Notes under the pieces: generated by a model
Seen by the model: only the letters and a program-made list of their open reading frames with translations
Databases searched by the model: none
What the model was told of the DNA's origin: nothing
Shown: positions 24,910 to 37,288 of the stretch, in pieces
Numbering within the stretch: position 1 is the first letter of the stretch
Layout of the letters: the number at the start of each line of letters is the position of its first letter
Source of the DNA: Octopus sinensis
Lineage: Eukaryota
Direction: 5' to 3'
DNA length: 64,000 nt
Assembly (NCBI RefSeq): GCF_006345805.1
Contig: NC_043000.1
Coordinates: 5,022,001-5,086,000, forward strand
Program-made: the position numbers and the translations under genes

Positions 24910-25113
24910 TAACCTCTTAACTAGGGGTTTCTATGACACAAACTTTCTGTTCTAACATTATCTAAATTATGAGTTTCCAACAAAATTTCATGGCTATTTG
25001 TTCTAAATAGCTGCTTAATAAGGAGAAAAATATTTTAATAAATTTTTCATCATGTTGAAAATTAAGTGAAACAAAAGCTGTGTATTTCAACAAATATTTA
25101 GTAACAAAAGGGT
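24910..25113. mobile_element. piggyBac-type MITE, diverged
   Basis: TTAACC start, GTAACAAAAGGG end; resembles 63383-63826. Confidence 0.6.
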
Positions 25114-26137
25114 TTATGCTGGAAAGTAACTGAATGACTCCTTTCTTTGAGCTTTGTTTATATATATATATATATAAACATACGTAAATGCAACATAGAG
25201 TTAAAGCCAATGTGTTTAAAAAGAGAGTCTTGTATTTAAAGACAACTAAAAAATTAAATTCACTTTTGTCTTCAAGCATTAAAATAGACTAAAAATTATC
25301 TAAAAAGAAAAAGTCTGTTGACAATACTATCTCTTTGGAAACATCTATTTTGAATGTCTAATGATGTATTTGGGAAAACAGAGAAAAGGAATTAAGAAGA
25401 AATGCTGAGAATGAATAAAATGAAGAGAGGAAAATTCAATTAAGGAAGAAATCACTTCCTATTTCTAAGTCAGCATATGCTTCAGAATACTTTGATAAAA
25501 TGAAAATGATGATTTTTTTTTCCCAATTATTAATTAGAAGTTATGGAGAATTAAAAAGAAAAAGCAAAAAAGGAACATGAAATATATTAAAAAATCTCTT
25601 CATTTATACTTTGTTGAAATCATCAAAAATATTTCCAAAATGCAAACAAGATGGAAACCTTGTGTATCATACACATACACACTATATTTTCGTGAAATGG
25701 GAGAAGGGGACAAAATACTATCGTGGCTATGTTTTGAAAAAGTTTTAAGAAACTTAAAATAAATGTAGGATAAAAAAATGTTTTCTGTACCGAGGAAAAA
25801 AATAAACAAAACAAAAAAAATTAAAAGAAAAAGAACGAAGTGATTTGGATGATTCTTACAACACCTTTCAAATTCAAAAAGACAAAAACATGTTTGCAAA
25901 TATGCAGTTAAGTATCTTTAGAAAAATAAAATCTTTTTTGAAAATCAATTTAAATTCTTAATGTTTAATTTCAACATATTGTGTAGGGCACGTGCTATTC
26001 AAGATGTGCTAATATGTGTATGTGTGAGTGTGTGGGAACATATATATAATCATCATCGTCATTCACACACACATATAAACATAGTCATATGTCTATATAA
26101 TTTATATGTATATAATATATATGCATGTAAATGTGAG

Positions 26138-26171
<34 letters not shown>

Positions 26172-26227
26172 AGTGTGTGTGTACATATATATTATCTTTT
26201 GGTATTGATACTGCCTCTGTTGGTAAT

Positions 26228-26612
26228 TCTTTTACTCTTTTACTTGTTTCAGTCATTTAACTGCGACCATGCTGGATCACAACCTTTAGTAGAATGGATC
26301 AACCCCAGAACTCATTCTTTGTAAGCCTAGTCCTTATTCTATCAGTCTCTTCTGCCAAACCACTAAGTTACAGGGACTTAAACACACCAACATCAGTTGT
26401 CAAGCTATAGCGGGAGGACAAACACAGACAAACATGTACATATATATATATATGACAGGCTTCTTTCAGTTTCCATCTACCAAATCCATTCACATGGCTT
26501 TGGTTGGCCTGAGGCTATAGTAGAAGACACTTGCTCAAAGTGCCACTTAATGGGACTGAACTTGGGACCATGTGGTTGATAAGCAAGCTACTTTCTACAG
26601 AAACATTCCTCC
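26228..26612 (-). mobile_element. SINE family A
   Basis: Homology. Confidence 0.88.
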
Positions 26613-27490
26613 TATGTATATATTTTTTTACTGAAAATATATTTTATTCTGATAGCAACCTCGATCTTATGCGTTTGTCTATCTTTGATATATGTAATAT
26701 TTTATTAAATGATTTTTACTAGTATTTCATCTGAAGTTCTCATTTACAAAATCAAAATAAATAAACTCGGCACAGTCATGTTTGTGTGGTGAAGTAGCCC
26801 ACTTTACAACCATATGGTTTCAGGTTCAGACTCACTGCATATGAGGGACCAGTAAAGTAAAATAGGGACAAAGGGGCAAAAAAAAAAAATGTTTGAGAAC
26901 CACCAGTATAGTGTTGGGAGATAAAAACGATGAATGACTGTGGAAAGAGTAGAGGAAGCATGGAAGGAAAAACGAAAATGGAGTAAATAGAGAGATGAAG
27001 GGGAAAAGAAAAAAAGAAAGGAAATTAGAGGAAGTAAAGGAAAGCAAATGCAAAACGAAAAAGACAAGAAAAACAATGATTACAAAATATTAATTAATTT
27101 TCAAACAATGCATGAAAAATATGAAAATCTAGACGCAATAGCTGTTGAAAATTAAAACAAACATTCTGCTTAAATGAAGTTTGTTTTCAAAGGTTCTTCT
27201 GATATAAATTCTCATTCTCTTGCAATATACTGATAAAGATCTAATGAGCTGATGTATATATGTTGCAGCTATCTTATATATATGATGGTATCACATGCAA
27301 CAATGGCTATCTTTAACAAATTTTGATCAGCAGGGAAATCAAATTAACTGCTGAATTCGAAAATGTTGATTTAAAGTAGTAAAATTGGATACAAATAGTC
27401 AAAAATAAACACATTTTCATTTCAGTTTACAACAAGGTTTGGATTGATAGATATTAAATAACATAGTTCTGTTGTTTCTTTTAGTTGAGT

Positions 27491-27670
<180 letters not shown>

Positions 27671-28327
27671 CACATGATGATTTGCATGTTTATTTTTAAG
27701 ATGTCCAGACAAATTCAAATGCAAAATATGTTGGTTGCTGTTGTTTATGTCACAGGAGAACAACTTCTCCTTTTTATGATAACAGTGTGTTCATTGGTAC
27801 AAGGGATTCTGAGACACTGGTGTTTCAACATGTAGTGTCTTATGGTGAAGAGAAAGAATTAATGAGCGATTTTTGTTAAAAAAAAGACAGGGGAGAAAAT
27901 CCCAAATTCTTAATTAAATTTAATCTTAAAAAAAGATTGTGGGTAATGCAGTGAGGATTAGACTCAATTTTGACAGTATGATGATAACACTGGACATGTT
28001 TTGATGCTATTAGATGTTGTTATCGACATAGTCTTGTTAAGGTTTCATCAAATTGGGTTACATTTAGGATATATCAAAGTAAACGAGGTTTAGACTGTGT
28101 TTCAATCAAACACTATTGAACCATTCTTTGCACTATGCCATACAGGACTAAATTTCTATGGGTTTGTTTTCAAAATTTAAAATTATCTCAAGTATGGAAG
28201 ACAAACATTTGCAAAGTCTTTAAAATTGTTATTACAATTTCTTCTTTGAAAGAAATACTTATGATGGAATGACAGAGAGATATCTGAAAAGTCACTGAAG
28301 CCAATATAGAGTTCATTTAGAAACTTC

Positions 28328-28377
<50 letters not shown>

Positions 28378-28380
28378 GTA

Positions 28381-28571
28381 ATGGTACATCACACGTATTG
28401 AGAAGAGCATTGTTGATGTGAGAACTGTTGCTGCTCATGCATTTTAATTTAACTTAAAAAAAAAAAAAATGAACGAACTATTGAGTTTGGTTTAATGGCC
28501 TACCAATGTATACTAGGAGTCGGGAAGACACTCGGCAAGAAATGGAAGCAAATTTGAAAGAAGAAAAAAAG
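28381..28571 (+). mobile_element. Severely 5'-truncated R4/Dong-type insertion in (AAT)n
   Basis: Reads GTSHVLRRALLM* then a UTR; (AAT)n on both sides. Confidence 0.6.
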
Positions 28572-28845
28572 TAATAATAATAGTAATAATAATAAAAGAT
28601 TAATGGAAGTAAAACAAATGCTAAGGATTAATTTAATTAAAACAGAGATTAGAGTTACCAGATAATGTATCTCAACAACGAACAAACAATATCAGATATT
28701 AAATCAATACTATATAACTTTAGAAGGTGATTTATCATTTTTTTTGTCATTTTGTTAGCATTTTATTGTAACAAACTTTAAAAAATACCTAAATTCTCAT
28801 TTTTAAAAGCAGATGCAGACTTTTCAAGTAGTTTTAAAAGAAATA

Positions 28846-28891
<46 letters not shown>

Positions 28892-29470
28892 GTTTGTCGT
28901 CTTGAATATGTATTCCAAGGAAAAACTTATGAAGGTATTAAGTTGTGAATAAAATAACTGTTAGGAAAATGCTAAGCTTTTCCTGGAATTAATGAAATAC
29001 AAAGACTCAGAGCTTTCAGTATAGACTAATTAAATTTTGATGCATAATTATTTCTCCTTGGCCAAAGAGTATAAAATGAAAGTGATTTTCTGAAGCTTAA
29101 ATGATTGTATTAGACGTAGCAGCAGAAAAATACTCTACTTCAGTGGTATAATAAATACCACAATCAAACACTAGCAAACTACACAAAAATGTTTTGAAAA
29201 AAGAAAGGAACTTGGGATTATAGTAAGTACAAGCAAATATTTGTGTGGCATAGATCTGCTTTTACTGAATTAGTAATTTAGTGGCATTAGTCCTGAAGAA
29301 TATATAATTTCAATGAATTATATAATATACTAACAGTAACATCACAGAGAATCATCTAAAGGATATTTTTTTCTTCAAATAGTAACATTAAAGGTGGTTA
29401 ATAGATAAGGTTAATTTTATGGTACATATATTTTCCCCCACACCATCTCTCTCTGTCTTTCTCTGTGCCG

Positions 29471-29502
<32 letters not shown>

Positions 29503-29544
29503 CTGTTTTATTTTCGCTATGATTGCGCATTTAAGATTCCTGCT

Positions 29545-29558
29545 GTTGCTATGGTAAC
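29545..29558. promoter_or_regulatory. RFX X-box motif GTTGCTATGGTAAC
   Basis: Matches the palindromic X-box consensus; lies in non-repeat sequence; function untested. Confidence 0.45.
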
Positions 29559-30134
29559 AGATACAGATTTATGCAGCTGTTGCAGTTAGCTGCATCAGGG
29601 TAGCCACAAATATGGTAAATGCTGAAAAGGTTTTCTAAAAGCTGTCAAGTTGCATCGTACATATATATTTTCAGATCTGAATTCAAGCAAAAGAAAACAA
29701 TTTTTGTGTTGTTTGTTTTGTAAAAAGGAAAGAGGTTTCTGAAGTGGATGGAGATAACAGATCTAGTATGTAAAAAAAAATGTAAAAGAAAAATACAACT
29801 TATATTTAAATCAGGCTTAATTTCTTGCGTATCAGAGAATTATATTTTGAAATAATATTTTCAGACATGTATGATAAGGTCAGTAACATATAAAATTAGG
29901 CAAAGTTTTATTGTGTATGGAGATAACAGATCTAGTATGTAATAATAAACTTAGATTTAATTCTTATATAATTTCTGGTATAGTGGGATTATTTTTGTCT
30001 TGAAATAAAATTTCCATATCTCTTTTAGAAGCCAGCAATAAGTTAGGGTTCTGGAGACTCAGCCTTTCCCCAAAATTATGTTCTTATGTAATATAGAATG
30101 AAATCACTCTTCTTCATTGATGAGGTTGTCACAT

Positions 30135-31130
30135 ACTTATGGTTTTGGGTTCAGTTCTACTAAATGACATCTTGGCAAGAGTCTTCTACTATAGCCTTGG
30201 GGCCAATTAAAGTTTTGTGAGTTGATTTGATAAATGGAATCTGAAAGAAATTTATTGTATACATGCTTATCACCGTGATCACTGTGGCTGACCAGGCTAT
30301 CAGATGTTGCTACACATCGCTGGTCACAATGCGCTTCTCATTGTTTTAGCCTTCAAATGACACCACCTACTGGCTAAGTGAACAGGTCAATATCATCATC
30401 ATCATCATCATCATCGTTTAGCATCAGCTCTCCATGCTGGCATGGGTTGGACGGTTCAACTGGGGTCTGGGAAGCCAGAAGGCTGCACCAAGCCCAGTCT
30501 GATCTGGCAATGTTTCTATGGCTGGATGCCCTTCCTAATGCCAACCCCTCTGTGAGTATAGTGGGTGCTTTTATGTGCCAGACAAGGCTGGCAAATGGTC
30601 ATGATCGGATGGTGCTTTTTACATGCTACTGGCAAGAGGGCCAGGCGAGGCTGGCAATGGCCACAATTGGATGGTGCTTTTTACGTGCCACCGGCACGAA
30701 GCCAATCAGGGTGGCACTGGCAACAGCCACGTTCTCTTACGTACCACCGGCACTGGTATCACAGCTGCAATTTCCATTGATGTTGATCGATTTTGATTTT
30801 GATTTTGGTTTTCACTTGCCTCAACTGGTCTTCACAAACCAGCCTGTTTGTGTGTATGTGTGTATGTGTGCTATCTATGTATGTATATGTGTGTGTAATT
30901 TTGAGTGAGTGTATATTTGTCTACTTGGCTTGACATCACAGGATAGGTGTAAATGAATGTTATTGTCAAACAGTCTCCCATGAAAGCATCCCTGGATGTG
31001 GCAAAATGTTTTGCATACAATAGAAACAAGTGAAGGTTGGTGACAGGAAGGTGTCTGGCTATAGAAAATCTGCATCAATAAATTTCGTCCAATCCAAGCA
31101 AGCATAGAAAAGTGGATGTTAAAACAAAGG
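30135..31130 (+). mobile_element. A head + H tail SINE with nested D-tail fragment (30268-30385) and family G copy (30392-30835), both minus
   Basis: Each module is homologous to copies elsewhere in the window. Confidence 0.65.
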
Positions 31131-31421
31131 TGATGCTGAGGATGCTAAAATGTAGCATCCAAATCAATGAAAAGCTGATCCTTAGCTTTAGTTTTATAGA
31201 TACATAATGAAACAGGATGTTATAGGAATTACTTCTTTGATAGAATGACAGCCTGTTATGAGTTTCTGGGAACAACACAAATGATCTGGGCTGTTGCCAG
31301 CATCTAATAGAATGTAGAATAAAGCCTGTGTTCAGAAACTCACAAGCAAAACATTTGTAATAGATTTGATCTCATAACCATTAAGTCATAATTTTATCCA
31401 TGTAACACATTTGTATTGATG

Positions 31422-31613
31422 ACATGTAAAAGCACCCAAGCCAGTGACACTTAAAAAGCACCCACTATACTCTTGGAGTGGTTGGCATTAAGTAGGACAT
31501 CAAGCTGTAGAAAGCAAGTCAAAGTCAGACTGAATCCTACAGCAGCTTTCTGGTTGGCCAGTTCCAGTCAAACTATCTAACCCATGCCAGCATAGAGAGC
31601 AGACGTTAAATGG

Positions 31614-31659
<46 letters not shown>

Positions 31660-31675
31660 AATCATCATCATCATC
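31422..31675 (+). mobile_element. Family G retroposon, diverged, (GAT)n tail
   Basis: Homology. Confidence 0.75.
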
Positions 31676-31704
31676 ATCTCATCTGTATTATACATGAACA
31701 ATGA

Positions 31705-31782
31705 AAGTGTCTTCTACTATAGCCTCGGGCTGACCAAAATCTTGTGAGTGGATTTGGTAAATGGAAACTGAAAGAAGTCCTT

Positions 31783-31814
<32 letters not shown>

Positions 31815-31983
31815 GGGAGAATTCACAAAAAAACAAAAGACGAAGGCAGGTGGTGTAGACAACAAACAGATGTATTAGTATAACGCTCAGGAATTGCAAA
31901 GTCTTTAACATTTCAAGCGTATGCTCTTCCACAGAAGGGAACACAGAAAGAAACAAGGAGAGAAAATAAAGAATGTGTAGTGG

Positions 31984-32020
<37 letters not shown>

Positions 32021-32240
32021 GATGTGTATGTTTGTGTGTCTATGTTTGTCCTTCCACCATCGCTTGACAACCAATGTTGGTGTGTCTACGTCCCCGTAAC
32101 TTAGCAGTTCGGTAAAAGGGACCGATAGAATAAGTACTAGGCTTACAAAGAATAAGTCCTGGGGTCGATTTGCTCGACTAAAGGCGGTGCTCTAGCATGG
32201 CCACAGGCAAATGACTGAAACAGGTAAAATAAAAGAATAA
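31705..32240 (+). mobile_element. 5'-truncated SINE A hosting a Penelope-like fragment in its (TA)n
   Basis: A modules at 31705-31790 and 32020-32240. Confidence 0.8.
31814..31985 (-). mobile_element. Penelope-like terminal fragment with hammerhead-like motif
   Basis: CTGTGGA-A-GAGC-ATAC-GCTT-GAAA on minus strand; (TA)n both sides; homologue at 52156-52330. Confidence 0.65.
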
Positions 32241-32286
32241 ACGTATACATAGAAATGTGTGTGTTGTTTGTATGCATTTGTATGCT

Positions 32287-32319
<33 letters not shown>

Positions 32320-32359
32320 GGATATATGGATATATATATATATAAATATGGATATATTA

Positions 32360-32678
32360 AAAAGCACTATCCGACTCGTGGCCGATGCCAGCGCTGCCTC
32401 GCCTGGCTTCCGTGCCGGTGGCACATAAATTGCACCAATCCGACCGTGGCCGTTGCCAGCCTCGCCTGGCACCTGTGCGGGTGGCACGTAAAAAGCACCC
32501 ACTACACTCACGGAGTGGTTGGCATTACGAAGGGCATCCAGCTGTAGAAACATTGCCAGATAAGACTGGAGCCTGGTGCAGCCTTCTGGCTTCCCAGATC
32601 CCCGGTTGAACCGTCCAACCCATGCTAGCATGGAGAACGGACGTTAAACGATGATGATGATGATGATGATGATGATGG
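32360..32678 (+). mobile_element. Family G retroposon
   Basis: Close reverse-complement of 11232-11522. Confidence 0.88.
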
Positions 32679-33731
32679 TGTAACATTGTGTTAATTAGTA
32701 GGAGCACCAAAGAAAAAGAAAAGTACATCTTGCAAAAAATAAATACACAAGATTTAAATCTAAGCTACTATTATGATTGTCAGTTGAGCTTGTATGGCAT
32801 CTCATGTACTCTCAGACTATCTTTCAGACTTTCATACACATATATGATTTAAATATGCAGATAAAAACCAAAAAAAAAGAAGAAAATGAATGTGAGGATG
32901 TGCACAAGAAGTGCATTAGCTTGACGCTTGGTGAAAGGAGTGAGTTTAACATTTTGAGCATAGCTCTTCTTCGATAAGGAGAAAGGGAAAAGTTCAAAGA
33001 AGCAGAAGAAATTGCCAATGGACCATGTGTAGTTATATATAGAGAGATAGACAGAGATATATATTAAACATTTCTTAAAGTTTTTAATATACACACACCT
33101 ACTTTTTTCTTGCTTAGTTATGATTTATGTAAGAAGGAATTCTCAGAAGCATGACTTTATAGAACAGATTATAATATAGCCATAATGTGTGTTAAAACCA
33201 ATTCTGAGTGATCATGGATGAATTTAGCCTTGAGAAGTCAATAAAATACACCAGTAATGTACTACAATAAGCAGCTGTTTAAAATAAAGGTTAAAATTAT
33301 ATCTACTTCCATCTCCGATCTGAATCTCAACGAATAAACAAATAAAAAAATGAAAATAAAATAATAATAATAATCATAAAATAACTAAATAAAAATGGGG
33401 GAAAAAAGCTCACATCAACAGAATTGTTGCCCATCTAGTATAGCAAAAAAATAAATAAAAAATAAAAACAAAAATAAAAACAAAAATAAAAGGAAGTAAG
33501 TTGAACAAAGAACTAAATAAAAATAGTTCTATTCAGTTATTTTATGGCTTTTTTCTGAATCTTTGTTAATGGTGTCTGAACTGCTTATTAAATTTGATAT
33601 GGCAGAGTAGAATGTCTAATAAATCCGTTTTGAAGTATTGTTGTGTGTGTGTGTGTGTGTGTAGTATGTATGTGTGTGTTTCTACATAGCACAAAATTTA
33701 AGTAGTTCACAACTCTATAAATACATACCGA

Positions 33732-33802
<71 letters not shown>

Positions 33803-33806
33803 TAGT

Positions 33807-34368
33807 AAATGCCCTGATGCAGTACCAGGCACTGGTTCTCATGGCTTCTGATCTTAACTGATTGGAAGTGTTATCATGAACATTGTTTTGTCTTGGTATA
33901 AAAGATGGGCTACAACAAATATTCTGCTCAATACCACAGATTTGCTTGTCAATTGTTTGACCTTAACCAGTTGAGCATGTCCTTTGGTGACTGACGATAT
34001 GTGCATCTCTGATCACGAGCAGAAGTAGTGGGGGAGCATCATAGCCATGTGTTGAGAAGGGTTCTTTGGAGTTTGAATAATTCACCTCTGGAAACATCAG
34101 TGTTTCGTTCAACATCCTTAAACAACCCTTATTCAAGAACCGTTTGAGTGGGATGAGCTACTCGACCTGAAGAAAATTCTAACTGGGCCCCACCTGCAAG
34201 GTCATGCACTTTTTATCTTGATATGAAATCACCATATAACACACATATGGTTGTGATGCATGTGCCTGGTGTACCCTTATCAAACGGGTAGTCATGATGG
34301 GTATATTGGGCTTCGTATATTTGTACCTCAGTGTCACTTTGATAGTAAGCACTGCTCTCTCACTCAAT
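33807..34368. mobile_element. ~550 bp (TAA)n-embedded element, copy 2
   Basis: Colinear with 2516-3070. Confidence 0.88.
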
Positions 34369-34380
34369 AAGAATAATAAC

Positions 34381-34573
34381 AATCCTTTCTATTATAGGCA
34401 CAAAGCCTGAAATTTTGGGGTAGAGGGTTAGTTGATTACATTATTTTATCAATCCTAAAAGTATGAAAGGCTAAGTTGACCTTGGCAGAATTTCAACTCA
34501 GAATGTACAGAGAAGCAAAATACCACTAACATTTTGTCTAGAGTACTAATGATTCTGCCAGCTCATCACCTTA
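34381..34573 (-). mobile_element. SINE family F (F2)
   Basis: Homology. Confidence 0.8.
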
Positions 34574-35656
34574 AAAATAATAGTAATAATAATAATAATG
34601 CCTACATTTTCATGCTTGCATGGGTCTGTATGAGGGAAGAGTTTCCTCTGACTAGATGCCCTGCCTGATGCCATCCCCACCTGTTTCCAAGTGAGGTAAT
34701 GATCTGCCAGTGTGTCAAATAAATAAACAATCCTGACACACATATCTAGAAAACAGAAAACGAATGATATTGAAATGAGTCAGGACATTCTTTTGTGGTG
34801 GACTGCTGGCAAAAGACACCCTTGGAGAAATTATTGTTTATACACCAGCAAATGAACATATGTGTAGATGTGAAAGAGAATTCAAACTAAGTCTCTCAAA
34901 CACTTACAGACACACAAAGACATACACACATTCACATACATACATACGTACATACATGCATACATGCATGCATACATACATGCATGCATACATACATACA
35001 TACATACATATGTGCTTGCATATGTATGTACATACATACATTCAAAGACTACAGATCCAATTCATCACTGGAAGTGTAAAAATCTGTAAAACTTTCCAGA
35101 CGTTTATCATTTAAATATATATGAGCATGTCTAAATATGCAGCTACATGCATGAGAATACACACATAAAACAAAATATACAGATCTGCACATATACATAC
35201 ATTCCTACATACATACCTACATACATACATACACACACACATACATACATACATACATACATACATACAAAAAAATATCCTGTTGAAGTTGATATTTCAA
35301 TGAAGGAGTCTTGGGTCTAGGTTAGAAGTTGGCTCTTTCTCTATTGGCAAGAAATCATGAAATAAAAATGAACAATGACATACATACATACAAACAGACG
35401 TACATACATACACATATATAAATACATACATATGTACATACATCCACACATACATACATGCATACATACATATGTACACATGTACGTACATATATACATA
35501 ATACATACACATATACATAGACATACATACACATTCACATACATACATACATACATACATACATACATACATACACATATGATGGGTTGTTTTCAGTTTA
35601 TGTCAAACAAATCCACCCAGAAAGCTTATGTCATGTCAGGGCTATAATAAAAGTGT

Positions 35657-36040
35657 GGAGGCACAATGGCCCAGTGGTTAGGGCAGCGGACTCGCAGTCA
35701 TAGGATCACGGTTTCGATTCCCAGACCGGGCGTTGTGAGTGTTTATTGAGCGAAAACACCTAAAAGCTCCATGAGGCTCCGGCAGGGGATGGTGGTGATC
35801 CCTGCTGTACTCTTTCACCACAACTTTCTCTCACTCTTCCTGTTGCTGTTGTACCTGTATTTCAAGGGGCTGGCCTTGTCACTCTCTGTGTCACACTGAA
35901 TATCCCTGAGAACTACGTTAAGGGTACACGTGTCTGTGGAGTGCTCAGCCACTTACACGTTAATTTCATGAGGAGGCTGTTCCGTTGATTTGGATCAACC
36001 AGAACCCTCGTCGTCATAACCGACGGAGTGCTTCTCTCTC
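35657..36040 (+). mobile_element. SINE family C with 13 bp TSD, inserted in an older A head
   Basis: ATAATAAAAGTGT at 35644-35656 and 36041-36053. Confidence 0.92.
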
Positions 36041-36923
36041 ATAATAAAAGTGTCTTGCTCAAGGTGCCAATAATTCTAACAGTCATTTCTGCTGAGATTT
36101 TGGGCGAAGTATGTATCTTTACCACAAAGCCATATCAACGATGATGATAATAATGATGATGATGATGATGAAGACAATGATGATGATGAAAATGATGATA
36201 GTGGTGATGACTTTTTTCGTTAACATTTTTAATAATGATTATATTAATATAATCAAAGTAAAATGGAAGTGAAGAAGGAAATCAAGAAACAAAACCGTCA
36301 AAAAAACTTCTCTAATTAGAAAAAGAAAATAAGAAAAAAGAAATTAAAAATCCCCCGAACCCTTCCAGGCTCCACTAAAATGTTCTATGTGTAGGCACCT
36401 TTGTAGATGTGAATTTTTGAATTTGCACCTCTACATCCACTACACACCAAGGTAGACTAAACATATCCAATAGCTTTGTCTGCTAGTTACTGATAAGAAT
36501 AGGCACACTTTCACTCTCTCTCTCTCTCTCTCTCTGTTTCTCTCTCTCTCTGTTTCTTTGTCTCAATCACTCTTTCACTCTCTCTTCCCAGTCCATTCAC
36601 TACTCTTTTTTTTTTTTTTTAGCGTTTACTAATAATAAATTTATTGATAGATACTAATGAATATTATTTAGCCAATGTGACCAATTAACAACAATAGCAG
36701 AAACCAAATGCTGAGGAGGGAGAGAGAGAGAGAGAGAGAGCAATGGGTAAGGAAAAAAAGAAAGAAGAAAGAAAGAAAGAAAGAGAGAGAGGAGAAGACA
36801 GAACGCCACCACTCCCCAGGATTGTTATCGATTATCTTTAGTAATTCACAAATACAACATTGATCTCTATCTCATTCACTGACTAAATTCTTTTTTTTAA
36901 ATGTGTGTGTGTATGTGTGTGCA

Positions 36924-36964
<41 letters not shown>

Positions 36965-37288
36965 ATGTGTTGTATTACTGCTGCACAGCATTTTCTTCCA
37001 CCCCTTTTTATTTATATATATATCTTGTATATATTAAGATATAGTCACACATGTGCACTTGTTAAAGCACTACTCATTGCATACACAGTATATTGGCCAA
37101 GTATGGACAAGACTAATCCTTATTTGTTCCTTCTTTGATCCTCATACTGGTCAGGTGGTCTAATACATAGCAGACCAAGGATATCAGTTTTGCTAGTCGG
37201 ACTACTGCAGTGTAAGAGAAAACATCTGGCTCAAGCATGTAGCCATCCAGATATACACCCAGATATCTACCATACAATGATACTGATA

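Noticed and set aside
37130-37288. RYLGVYLD resembling an RT motif on the minus strand
   Set aside because: Single short motif without supporting flanking homology
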